Shown here: piece after piece, positions 1 through 7,649 of the stretch
How positions within the stretch are numbered: position 1 is the stretch's first letter
How the letters are laid out: every line of letters starts with the position of its first letter
From: a virus
Length of the DNA: 64,000 bases
Strand: one strand, 5' to 3'
Virus record (IMG/VR): IMGVR_UViG_3300024518_000034
Coordinates: 32,001 to 96,000 of that record
Notes under the pieces: model-generated
The model's database searches: none
The model's input: only the letters and a program-made list of their open reading frames with translations
What the model was told of the DNA's origin: nothing
Translations under genes and position numbers: made by a program

Positions 1-56
1 TTTTCGTTCCAAATGGCACAAAAGTCGGACTTGCATTTGGACCGCCAAGGAAAATA

Positions 57-218
57 ATGGAAAAATTGGGACTTTCTTTGGAAGATGAACAGTTCATAGT
101 GGAAGTTAACGATAAGAATGATGATTTTATTGAAGTTGCAAAAACCATTGTCCATTTTTATGTTAAACCAGTTGAGATGTCAATTGGTGTATTTAATATG
201 CAGTGCGAGGCGATATAG
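57..218 (+). CDS. small hypothetical protein (53 aa)
   Basis: Read manually: ATG57 to TAG218 (MEKLGLSLEDEQF...MQCEAI); the stop overlaps a GTG in frame with the next gene. Confidence 0.45.
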   Translation: MEKLGLSLEDEQFIVEVNDKNDDFIEVAKTIVHFYVKPVEMSIGVFNMQCEAI

Positions 219-1213
219 TGATAAATAATAAAGCTAAAGAAATTCTGGACGAGATGGATCTGTCAGGGTGTCCGTGGGTGAAAGATAATCTTATCTTTTT
301 GACGCTCGCAGGATCCAGATCTTACGGGACGCACACGGAAACAAGCGATTACGACTATCGCGGAATCTGCATTCCTCCAACTGACTACTTTATCGGACTA
401 AAATCTTTTGAACAAGCAGAGTGTCGCAGAACAGATACTACGATTTTTGGTATTAAGAAGTTTATCAAGCTTTTGATAGACTGCAATCCTAATATTGTTG
501 AACTATTGTTCACAGATGAGGAAAACATTGTCTATAAACATCCAATTATGGATGTATTACTGAGAGATAAGGAGTTCTGGCTTTCTAAGAGAGCAAAAAA
601 TACGTTTCTAGGGTACGCTACGTCTCAATTGAAGAGAATTGAGGGACATAAAAAGTGGATCGACAATCCTGTCGAAAAGCCCAAGCGTGGGACTTGGGGT
701 ATTGCTATGGATAAGAGTAAAATAAACGCCCTAAGAATTTTTGCAAATCATGAATTGATAAACATGGGATTAACTGAACACTATGTAGAGGTATTGAGAG
801 AAGAACAAAAATACCACACAGATCTGCAAAACTATAAAAATTATAAACAGTGGATGGACAATAGGAATGAGCATCGCGCCAAACTAGAAGCAAATGCGGG
901 ATATGACACAAAACACGCTATGCATTTAGTAAGATTACTAAAGATGGCAAGGGAAATAGCTGATTGGAAAATTGTATTTGTAAAAAGACCAGATGTAGAT
1001 TTTTTAAACAACATAAGAAAAGGTATTTATTCTTATGAGTGGATAATAGAGTACGCTGAAGAGTTTGAAGATTTTGTAAAGAAGGCATTTGAAGAGTCGA
1101 ATCTTAAAGACAGAGTGGATGTAAACAAGGCTAGTAACATATTGTGGAATATGGTGATGAATTTTCACAGTATGAGTGTGGGGTTAGAGCCAGAGGGGGT
1201 CGTGGTCGTGTAG
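203..1213 (+). CDS. DNA polymerase beta-superfamily nucleotidyltransferase (Nuc-transf/YcgL-like, RNA-repair associated)
   Basis: LAGSRSYG...SDYDYRG (GS..DxD motif), NPNIVELLF, YDTKHAMHLVRLL helical C-terminus; true start may be GTG218. Confidence 0.85.
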   Translation: MRGDIVINNKAKEILDEMDLSGCPWVKDNLIFLTLAGSRSYGTHTETSDYDYRGICIPPTDYFIGLKSFEQAECRRTDTTIFGIKKFIKLLIDCNPNIVELLFTDEENIVYKHPIMDVLLRDKEFWLSKRAKNTFLGYATSQLKRIEGHKKWIDNPVEKPKRGTWGIAMDKSKINALRIFANHELINMGLTEHYVEVLREEQKYHTDLQNYKNYKQWMDNRNEHRAKLEANAGYDTKHAMHLVRLLKMAREIADWKIVFVKRPDVDFLNNIRKGIYSYEWIIEYAEEFEDFVKKAFEESNLKDRVDVNKASNILWNMVMNFHSMSVGLEPEGVVVV

Positions 1214-1570
1214 GTGGATAGAATAGAGTTGACAATGACAGATCATATTTGTGATTTAGGAAGTAAATTTTTTGTGGTAGCTTGCGATGATGAGAGAAGA
1301 GGACATTGGTATCTTGAGGATTTAGATGGAGAGAACATGATAAATCCAATCACGTTTTGTCCTTTTTGCGGAAAGAATTTACATGATATGAATAAAATAG
1401 AATGTGAGATATGCGAAGGAAAGATAGAATTGAATGGAAAAGAGTGTGTCGCCTGTCAAGGAACAGGTTGGGAACAAGCTCCCGATCCTGAGGACGGAAT
1501 AGACGCACCAATCGTTCTTGGTTTTATGGAAAAACAAAAAGAAAGACAATTGGAGAAAAAAAATGAATGA
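1214..1570 (+). CDS. hypothetical protein with Cys-pair zinc ribbons
   Basis: FCPFCG, CEICEG and CVACQG motifs. Confidence 0.6.
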   Translation: MDRIELTMTDHICDLGSKFFVVACDDERRGHWYLEDLDGENMINPITFCPFCGKNLHDMNKIECEICEGKIELNGKECVACQGTGWEQAPDPEDGIDAPIVLGFMEKQKERQLEKKNE

Positions 1571-1706
1571 AAATACTAAAGAAAATTTAATCGGGGGTTC
1601 GATGATGGCAGGAATGGGAATACTATATTTAACACTTGTAGGTGTATCTATAGCTGTTCCAGTAATGATAGTAGTTTTGACACTTAGGTTTATGGGAGTA
1701 CTCTAA
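1563..1706 (+). CDS. small membrane protein
   Basis: MNENTKENLIGG followed by a long hydrophobic stretch; ATG overlaps the previous stop. Confidence 0.55.
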   Translation: MNENTKENLIGGSMMAGMGILYLTLVGVSIAVPVMIVVLTLRFMGVL

Positions 1707-1948
1707 TGTTTGAGCAGGACCGAAAGGTAATGTTCGAACATCAAGGTAAAAAAAGATTTGGTATAGTTGCGGGAGTTTTTAGAAGAAACAACAATCACTT
1801 GTATATCGTTAAATTAGATAAAAAAATTAAAGATTACCCATACGAATGCGTAGGAGTATATGGACATGCTATTGTCCCAATGGAAGATGAAGATGCCAAA
1901 CTTGAGAGTTATGAAGTTGAAACTAGAAGAGGTGGATGTATTTCGTAA
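1706..1948 (+). CDS. hypothetical protein (SH3/KOW-like beta-rich)
   Basis: 80 aa ORF, TAATG-coupled to the previous gene. Confidence 0.55.
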   Translation: MFEQDRKVMFEHQGKKRFGIVAGVFRRNNNHLYIVKLDKKIKDYPYECVGVYGHAIVPMEDEDAKLESYEVETRRGGCIS

Positions 1949-2261
1949 CGTTTACATTTTAGCACTACTGATGTTGATGTTTAACGTGGCTGATTGGCAC
2001 TTAACGATGGCAGGCGTTGAGGCAGGGCTTTTGTATGAGAAAAACAAGTGGCTAGAAGAGACAATAGTAAAACACAGAAATTGGTTTCAACTTCTGGGTC
2101 TGAAAACTTTCATTTGTGGACTTATCATCGGTGGATTGATTTTTAGCCAAAAAGCTAGAGAAAGTATGTGGGTAAAAAGAGGATTGTTTATAGGGTGCGC
2201 GATTTATTTGTTGGTGGTTTCATGGAGTTTGCTGATATATAATATAGGAAAGTATATGTAG
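1932..2261 (+). CDS. DUF5658-like membrane protein
   Basis: FNVADWHLTMAGVEAGLLYEKN resembles the D..lT...G..E.NP pattern; three hydrophobic segments; GTG1932 start preferred. Confidence 0.5.
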   Translation: MDVFRNVYILALLMLMFNVADWHLTMAGVEAGLLYEKNKWLEETIVKHRNWFQLLGLKTFICGLIIGGLIFSQKARESMWVKRGLFIGCAIYLLVVSWSLLIYNIGKYM

Positions 2262-2270
2262 ATAGTGTAA

Positions 2271-2407
2271 ATGGGTCGAAAAAAATATAAAATAAATGAA
2301 GATGTATTTGCTTTCATTGATAATGAAGAAAAAGCTTATTGGTTAGGGTTAAGGATGCTACAATATTTTTAGATAGAAAAAAAGAATTGTTTGATTCTTT
2401 AAAATAG
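2271..2407 (+). pseudogene. internally deleted LAGLIDADG homing endonuclease remnant
   Basis: Frame from ATG2271 gives MGRKKYKINEDVFAFIDNEEKAYWLG (typical N-terminus); a shifted frame from 2351 gives KDATIFLDRKKELFDSLK* (typical C-terminus); the catalytic core is missing. Confidence 0.7.
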
Positions 2408-2420
2408 AAAGAAAGTATCT

Positions 2421-2786
2421 ATGAAAACATGTACAGATTGTGGCTTTGACTGGCTTCCAGATCTTGAATCACTAAAATCAGATGATTGTCCAAGATGTAA
2501 GTGGAAAGAAAACATGGACTTACTTGATCAAAGTGAATGGGAAGGCGGCATGGAATTGGTCATTCAAAACAATATACAACTGCAAGCGCAGATAAATCAG
2601 ATCAGAAGAAATAATGAAGCAGCTATGGACATTCTGCAAACCTATGGTAACATAGAGGGTAGTGATCATAGGATGTGGGTGATAGATCAGACGTTAAGGG
2701 CCTTAATGGGCGACGATAAATATAAAAACTTTAGAGAAGAATTGTCCGAAGTTGGATATTCTTGGGAAGAAGGTATTGCACCGTGA
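2421..2786 (+). CDS. conserved phage-type hypothetical protein
   Basis: N-terminal CxxC...CPRC; C-terminal GNIEGSDHRMWVIDQ...WEEGIAP resembles a recurring phage hypothetical family. Confidence 0.6.
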   Translation: MKTCTDCGFDWLPDLESLKSDDCPRCKWKENMDLLDQSEWEGGMELVIQNNIQLQAQINQIRRNNEAAMDILQTYGNIEGSDHRMWVIDQTLRALMGDDKYKNFREELSEVGYSWEEGIAP

Positions 2787-3583
2787 TAGAACTAATTCAA
2801 GCATTGATGGCAATTCTAATTTTGAATCTTGGAAATCCATCGTGGAACACTAGGCATGATATTCACGTAGCTATTGAAAAGGATAAAAATCCTGTATGGA
2901 TTAACCTTCTACATGAACAGAGAAAGTCAAAAGACTTAGAGATAAGATTTAGAATAAGAAGATTACTAAAGGTAAAAATACGTGAGACTCCACTAGTGTG
3001 GTTCGCAGAGAAGAAAAATAGACATTTTTTTTACTTGAAAGAAAATCAAGTTATGACAATGTTCAATACAAAACAAGAAATACCAAATTGGTTCAAAGAT
3101 AAACACTTTGGGCCTTTAAATGTTAAAGATAAAAGACTGGGAGTTAAATTGCTTGAAAAGGCAATTAGAGTGAAAGGTCTGTCCTACACAGATGAGACAT
3201 GGTGCATAGATCAGCTTATTAAAGTGAATACTCCAGGTGGAGTGGCTGTGTTATTGGGGTGGCTGAAAACTGATCCGACAGACACTAGAACAATCGGAGC
3301 TTTGTATAAGTATAAATCTATGACATCTTTGCAGGCTCTATTTTGGGCATATACAACGCTAGTCTATCCGGTTCGCCATCAAATGGCCAAAAGAATTTTT
3401 TGGTCGTGGGACGAGGGAAAACATAGGGGGTGGAAGAGCATTCCGCAGATTTACGAAGAGGCGGTAGGTTTATTTCCTAAAAGAATGATTAAGGCTCTCG
3501 CAAAAGAGGTAAGGATTTCTAAAAACAAAGAAAGCATGGAAGCGTTCGCATACATGGTCACTCAAGGATTGAGAGCAAAATGA
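2783..3583 (+). CDS. hypothetical alpha-helical (HEAT-like) protein
   Basis: LGNPSWNTRHD...SKDLEIRFRIRRLL resembles a HEAT-like unit; GTG2783 overlaps the previous stop. Confidence 0.55.
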   Translation: MIELIQALMAILILNLGNPSWNTRHDIHVAIEKDKNPVWINLLHEQRKSKDLEIRFRIRRLLKVKIRETPLVWFAEKKNRHFFYLKENQVMTMFNTKQEIPNWFKDKHFGPLNVKDKRLGVKLLEKAIRVKGLSYTDETWCIDQLIKVNTPGGVAVLLGWLKTDPTDTRTIGALYKYKSMTSLQALFWAYTTLVYPVRHQMAKRIFWSWDEGKHRGWKSIPQIYEEAVGLFPKRMIKALAKEVRISKNKESMEAFAYMVTQGLRAK

Positions 3584-3750
3584 AAGAGTTGATGAATGAA
3601 CTCAGAAAAATTGATTGGTACGTATTCACTGTCGGGTTATTGGTCGGGTTATGTATTAGCCTCATCTTTGCCAATTGCCAACTTAACAGAAAGGCGAGTC
3701 TGCCGAAGAAAATCACTAAAGGAATTGAGAAGATTAAACAAGGTAATTGA
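3580..3750 (+). CDS. small single-pass membrane protein (56 aa)
   Basis: Read manually: ATGA overlap with the previous stop; MKELMNELRKIDWYVFTVGLLVGLCISLIFANC... Confidence 0.55.
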   Translation: MKELMNELRKIDWYVFTVGLLVGLCISLIFANCQLNRKASLPKKITKGIEKIKQGN

Positions 3751-3787
3751 GATAGATAAGGGAAATTTGCTAGATAGGTATATTTAA

Positions 3788-4012
3788 ATGGAAAGTAAAA
3801 AACGAAGTATAGTGAAGTCTGTTACTTGGAGGATATTTAGTTTTATAGTAATTACAACTATTATCTTAGTAGCAACTGGAAATCCCCGCCTGGCTTTAGG
3901 TGTAGGAGTAGCTGAAGCAGCAGGAAAAACTATAATTTACTACATGCACGAAAGATGGTGGAATAATATAGAGTGGGGTAGAACAAAACAAGATGCTACT
4001 ATACAAAATTAA
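3788..4012 (+). CDS. DUF2061 family membrane protein
   Basis: RSIVKSVTWR...KTIIYYMHERWWNNIEWG family signature. Confidence 0.85.
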   Translation: MESKKRSIVKSVTWRIFSFIVITTIILVATGNPRLALGVGVAEAAGKTIIYYMHERWWNNIEWGRTKQDATIQN

Positions 4013-4235
4013 GAGAACTGATGGTAAATTTTCGGGCGGTGGAGCATATCCAATGTTCGTTGAAAAAGGTAAAGAGTGGAAAACGATTGGGCATTTAAAA
4101 AGCCATTTGAGGTTAGTTAAAGATCAACGTACTATTGAAAGATATGACAATTGTGAAATAGTAGTTGTGAAGATGGTTGAAGAATCGTCACACGTCGTTA
4201 ATATGAAAGATTTAATTAAAGGGATGAAAAAATGA
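3993..4235 (+). CDS. phage hypothetical protein
   Basis: LYKIKRTDGKFSGGG...GKEWKTIGHLKSHL pattern. Confidence 0.6.
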   Translation: MLLYKIKRTDGKFSGGGAYPMFVEKGKEWKTIGHLKSHLRLVKDQRTIERYDNCEIVVVKMVEESSHVVNMKDLIKGMKK

Positions 4236-4801
4236 GTGGCGATACATATGTTTTTAGTGATCCGCATTTCAATCATGCGAATATTATCAAATATTGTAAT
4301 AGACCATTTTCCTGCGTAGAGGAAATGAATACTACAATGATTGATAATATAAATGCGGTGGTTGGACCAGGAGACATTCTTTGGTGCCTAGGCGATTGGG
4401 TATTCGGAAGAAATAAGGCTGAAAATGCTAAGAAATTTCTTGACAGAATAACTTGCGGAACGGTTAATCTGATTTGGGGAAATCACGATAAAAAGAGAGA
4501 CATGAGAGGTCTGTTCAATCAAGAACACGATATGTATACTATCCGTGTTCAGGATAGAGGGGAAAAGCAGTCTATTGTTCTGTGTCATTACGCTATGAGA
4601 ATCTGGAATAAGTCTCACCATGGCGTGTGGCATCTATATGGACACTCTCATGGTACGCTACCCGACGATCCAAATTCAATGTCATTTGATGTTGGTGTTG
4701 ATTGTCACGATTTCAAACCGCTAAGCTTCGATGACATAAAGAGGATTATGGCTCAAAAGCAGTTTCAACCAATTGATCATCACAATGCGAGTACGACATG
4801 A
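4232..4801 (+). CDS. calcineurin-like metallophosphoesterase
   Basis: FSDPHFNH, CLGDW, WGNHD, LCHY, HLYGHSH motifs. Confidence 0.9.
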   Translation: MSGDTYVFSDPHFNHANIIKYCNRPFSCVEEMNTTMIDNINAVVGPGDILWCLGDWVFGRNKAENAKKFLDRITCGTVNLIWGNHDKKRDMRGLFNQEHDMYTIRVQDRGEKQSIVLCHYAMRIWNKSHHGVWHLYGHSHGTLPDDPNSMSFDVGVDCHDFKPLSFDDIKRIMAQKQFQPIDHHNASTT

Positions 4802-4995
4802 TAGGTCGTGATGATTATAGACAATTAACAAGATCTATTTTAAAGGTAACAGATAGTATGTCTGATAAAGAGATAGATTTACTAATTAGTTCAATAAGAG
4901 TACAAAGATTTAAGAAGTTCATTTCTATGAGAAGTATAGATCCCGGCGATGACCAGGAGTTTTGCGACAATCAGGAGAAAAAGCATGCATTATAG
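4798..4995 (+). CDS. hypothetical protein
   Basis: 65 aa ORF overlapping both neighbours. Confidence 0.45.
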   Translation: MIGRDDYRQLTRSILKVTDSMSDKEIDLLISSIRVQRFKKFISMRSIDPGDDQEFCDNQEKKHAL

Positions 4996-5212
4996 GCTGA
5001 CAAAAGTAAAGGGAATTGTGTATCCCTACACAGAGGGAACTATACAATATGATAGACCAAAAATAGGAAGAAATGTGAAGTGTCCTTGCGAGTCTGGTTT
5101 AAAGTACAAAAGGTGTTGTCAGAAGGGCAGTGAAATCTTATTAGAGAAAACTAAGGAGGCGAGAAATGCAGTCGAAGAAGCTGAAAAAAACCAAAGCGAA
5201 AAAGAAGATTAA
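4985..5212 (+). CDS. SEC-C motif protein
   Basis: KIGRNVKCPCESGLKYKRCC zinc-binding SEC-C motif. Confidence 0.75.
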   Translation: MHYRLTKVKGIVYPYTEGTIQYDRPKIGRNVKCPCESGLKYKRCCQKGSEILLEKTKEARNAVEEAEKNQSEKED

Positions 5213-5789
5213 GGTTTACGTTAGTGGTCAGATGACTGGAATGCCTGACTTAAATCGAGCCGCCTTCAATGAGGCTGAAGAAAAACTAATCAAAAGAGGC
5301 TTTGCGGTTTACAATCCGGTTAATTTTGGAAACGAGAAAACAGATTCGCGAGAAGAGTTGATGAAAAAAGATTTTGAATTAATACTTGGATCTGATATGG
5401 TAGTTGTACTCCCCGATTGGGAGAACTCGTGGGGCGCGGTACTTGAAGTTACATTTGCTAGAGAGATTGGACTGCCCGTTGAAGATGTAGACGGTAACGC
5501 TGTGACGTACACACCGCCCCTTGTAGAGGCCCAGAAGATAATAAATGCGGATCGTCAATGGGATTATGGTCATCCAATTGACGATTATTCTAGGACAGCT
5601 AGCATGTGGGGAGAAATTATGGGCAAAGAGGGACTTTCAGCGTACCAGGCTGTTTTGGGAATGATAGCTGTGAAGATCTCACGAGAAGTACACAAACCAA
5701 AGAGAGATAATAGATTAGATATTGCTGGATATGCAGGATGCTTAGAAAAGATAGCTTTGGAGGAAGAAAGGCGAAGTAAACTATCATGA
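5166..5789 (+). CDS. DUF4406 (nucleoside deoxyribosyltransferase-like) fused to DUF6378-like domain
   Basis: KVYVSGQMTGMPDLNRAAF...YNP...LPDWENSWGAVLE, then DRQWDYGHP...KRDNRLDIAGYAGC. Confidence 0.7.
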   Translation: MQSKKLKKTKAKKKIKVYVSGQMTGMPDLNRAAFNEAEEKLIKRGFAVYNPVNFGNEKTDSREELMKKDFELILGSDMVVVLPDWENSWGAVLEVTFAREIGLPVEDVDGNAVTYTPPLVEAQKIINADRQWDYGHPIDDYSRTASMWGEIMGKEGLSAYQAVLGMIAVKISREVHKPKRDNRLDIAGYAGCLEKIALEEERRSKLS

Positions 5790-6112
5790 ATAAGGGCGGC
5801 TGCGAAAGATGTAAAAATAAAGGCAAGATTAAAAAAGTAGAGCAGTCGGGGCGAAAGAAACTAAAAATATGTCCTGACTGCCAAGGCATTGGTAAGATAA
5901 AGTGGAATAAAAGAGATGCCAAGAGGTTTGCCTGTAGGATGGTTGCAGAAATGGTAGACGGTGTACTAGATTGTGGTTTTCCTTTAGATAAAATACATGG
6001 GGATAATGTAGACATAGTGTATGACGCTTTAGGCGACATCTTGATGGAAATGCACAAAAGGGGTGGAGAGATTGGTGGCATTAGAAATGCGAAGAAAGTA
6101 TCAAGGAGATAG
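5786..6112 (+). CDS. hypothetical protein with DnaJ-type zinc finger
   Basis: CERCKNKG...CPDCQGIG. Confidence 0.55.
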   Translation: MNKGGCERCKNKGKIKKVEQSGRKKLKICPDCQGIGKIKWNKRDAKRFACRMVAEMVDGVLDCGFPLDKIHGDNVDIVYDALGDILMEMHKRGGEIGGIRNAKKVSRR

Positions 6113-6778
6113 ATGGATAAAACAGTAGAGCAGCAAATAAATGAAAATAATAGGGAACAGCAATTAAAGCCGAAAATTCAAGTAGCTGTTAGACCTAATA
6201 TTAGTAAATATAGGGTGAATTCAGATGATAGGATAGATGTAGACATTTGGATAGATGTAGAGGAGGATAACTTTAGAGTGTTATCCTCTAATTGCATTTT
6301 TACCCAGGGAAAGAACCCATGTATAGGCGACCCCACCCAGCCGTGCAGAAAAAGCTATTCAAGGTGCAACAATCACAAAAAAGACTTATGTACTGATGAA
6401 ATTGGAAGACTAAAATTCTTTGCAAAAAAACAAGAGACGAAACTTCCAGAGAATCTTAAGAAAGAATGGGCTAAATTTGGAAGAGAAACCTGGGCCGTCA
6501 GGTCTTACATAGAAGCTCATTCGTTTAAAATAGATAGAGATACGCAAGAGAGGGTCTTTGACGCACATAGACAACAGTTTCTGATAATACAGTGTCTATT
6601 GAAAGAGTGGTCATTGGGTGAGGAAGATGGAGAGCTAGTAATACAGCACTGTGCTATGCCAGGACTTCCATTTACGATGATTCAAGAAGACCAGATGAAG
6701 AGGATATCTGAGATAAACGGAGAAGTAATGAGGGCTTTCATAGAAGGATTCATAAAAAAGTCTAGGACGATAGAATAA
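6113..6778 (+). CDS. putative tail assembly chaperone
   Basis: Position upstream of the tape measure gene; IIQCLLKEWSL-type motif; mainly a positional inference. Confidence 0.4.
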   Translation: MDKTVEQQINENNREQQLKPKIQVAVRPNISKYRVNSDDRIDVDIWIDVEEDNFRVLSSNCIFTQGKNPCIGDPTQPCRKSYSRCNNHKKDLCTDEIGRLKFFAKKQETKLPENLKKEWAKFGRETWAVRSYIEAHSFKIDRDTQERVFDAHRQQFLIIQCLLKEWSLGEEDGELVIQHCAMPGLPFTMIQEDQMKRISEINGEVMRAFIEGFIKKSRTIE

Positions 6779-6827
6779 ACTACAGAATGTGTAAGCAATT
6801 TAAAATAAAACCAGATATTGTACTTAT

Positions 6828-7181
6828 ATGAGAATAGACGAGGAAATGATAGAAAGGTGTATTTTTCCTTGGTGTAGGAGCGAGGGGAAAGCCGGTTCTA
6901 CGGCTGCACAGAGAAAGATACAGCTATTTAGTAGGATAAAAAATAGTTCAATTGTGGAAAGGGCTTCTTTCTATTTTAGAACACCCCCAGAAGACTACAT
7001 AGCCAGAAGAAATCTATCCATGGCAATGATAGAAGAATATGAAATTTGTTCTACAATGTGGGACAAATTTGGAATAAGTGCCCCAGAGTTAGAAAATTTA
7101 GATGCAACTTGGGTGACAAACATGTTAATGATGCTAAGTGAGGACAATAAAGCGACAAATGAAAGGATGAGTAGAGCATGA
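6828..7181 (+). CDS. putative tail assembly chaperone (gpT-like part)
   Basis: EYEICSTMWDKFGISAPELENLD...MLMMLSEDNK helical pattern; upstream of the tape measure gene. Confidence 0.4.
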   Translation: MRIDEEMIERCIFPWCRSEGKAGSTAAQRKIQLFSRIKNSSIVERASFYFRTPPEDYIARRNLSMAMIEEYEICSTMWDKFGISAPELENLDATWVTNMLMMLSEDNKATNERMSRA

Positions 7182-7645
7182 GTGAAGAAACAGTAGTGGT
7201 AGAGGAAAAAGTAAAAGAAAGAAAGAACATTTATATAAATAAGTCTTCTTCTACAAAGAAGAACATTTATTTAAAACTAAATGAAAGTGATTTGTGGGAA
7301 GTAGTAGACAAGGAAGATAAAGAAGATAAGGATGGAGAGGGAATAAAGACGGAAGAGTTAGAATTTACAAAAGTATGGTGGAAGCTTAGTGTTAGAGTAG
7401 ATAGTTTTTCAACTAAGCTGAACGAGTTAGGACTTAGGGTGCAGGATCCAACGCTGATGGTTGAAATGACTATCAGATACTACCTAAAGAAGTGTTCTTT
7501 CTACGATTTGGAATTTGAAAAAGACGAAGAAGGTTTTGAGAGAATTTCAGAGAGTTGTTGGGAAGAAATGGTAGGAAAAGATGGACTGTCACCTGAAATA
7601 ATATTGGGAATATTTAAGACCTACAGGGAGATTAGTGAGCTATAA
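7178..7645 (+). CDS. putative tail assembly chaperone
   Basis: Directly upstream of the tape measure gene; weak resemblance to the 6113..6778 product. Confidence 0.35.
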   Translation: MSEETVVVEEKVKERKNIYINKSSSTKKNIYLKLNESDLWEVVDKEDKEDKDGEGIKTEELEFTKVWWKLSVRVDSFSTKLNELGLRVQDPTLMVEMTIRYYLKKCSFYDLEFEKDEEGFERISESCWEEMVGKDGLSPEIILGIFKTYREISEL

Positions 7646-7649
7646 ATAA

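Noticed and set aside
3596-3787. 63-aa ORF from the supplied track
   Set aside because: The overlapping frame 3580..3750 has ATGA coupling and a clear TM helix, so it is the more plausible gene
6754-6760. A_AAA_AAG slippery heptamer near the end of the first chaperone-like ORF, suggesting a G/GT frameshift
   Set aside because: The -1 frame hits TAG at 6763 and the +1 frame hits TAG at 6771; neither reaches the 6828 ORF
7232-7270. Direct repeat AAGAACATTTAT; also the INYP duplication near 24440
   Set aside because: Short two-copy in-frame duplications with no array structure
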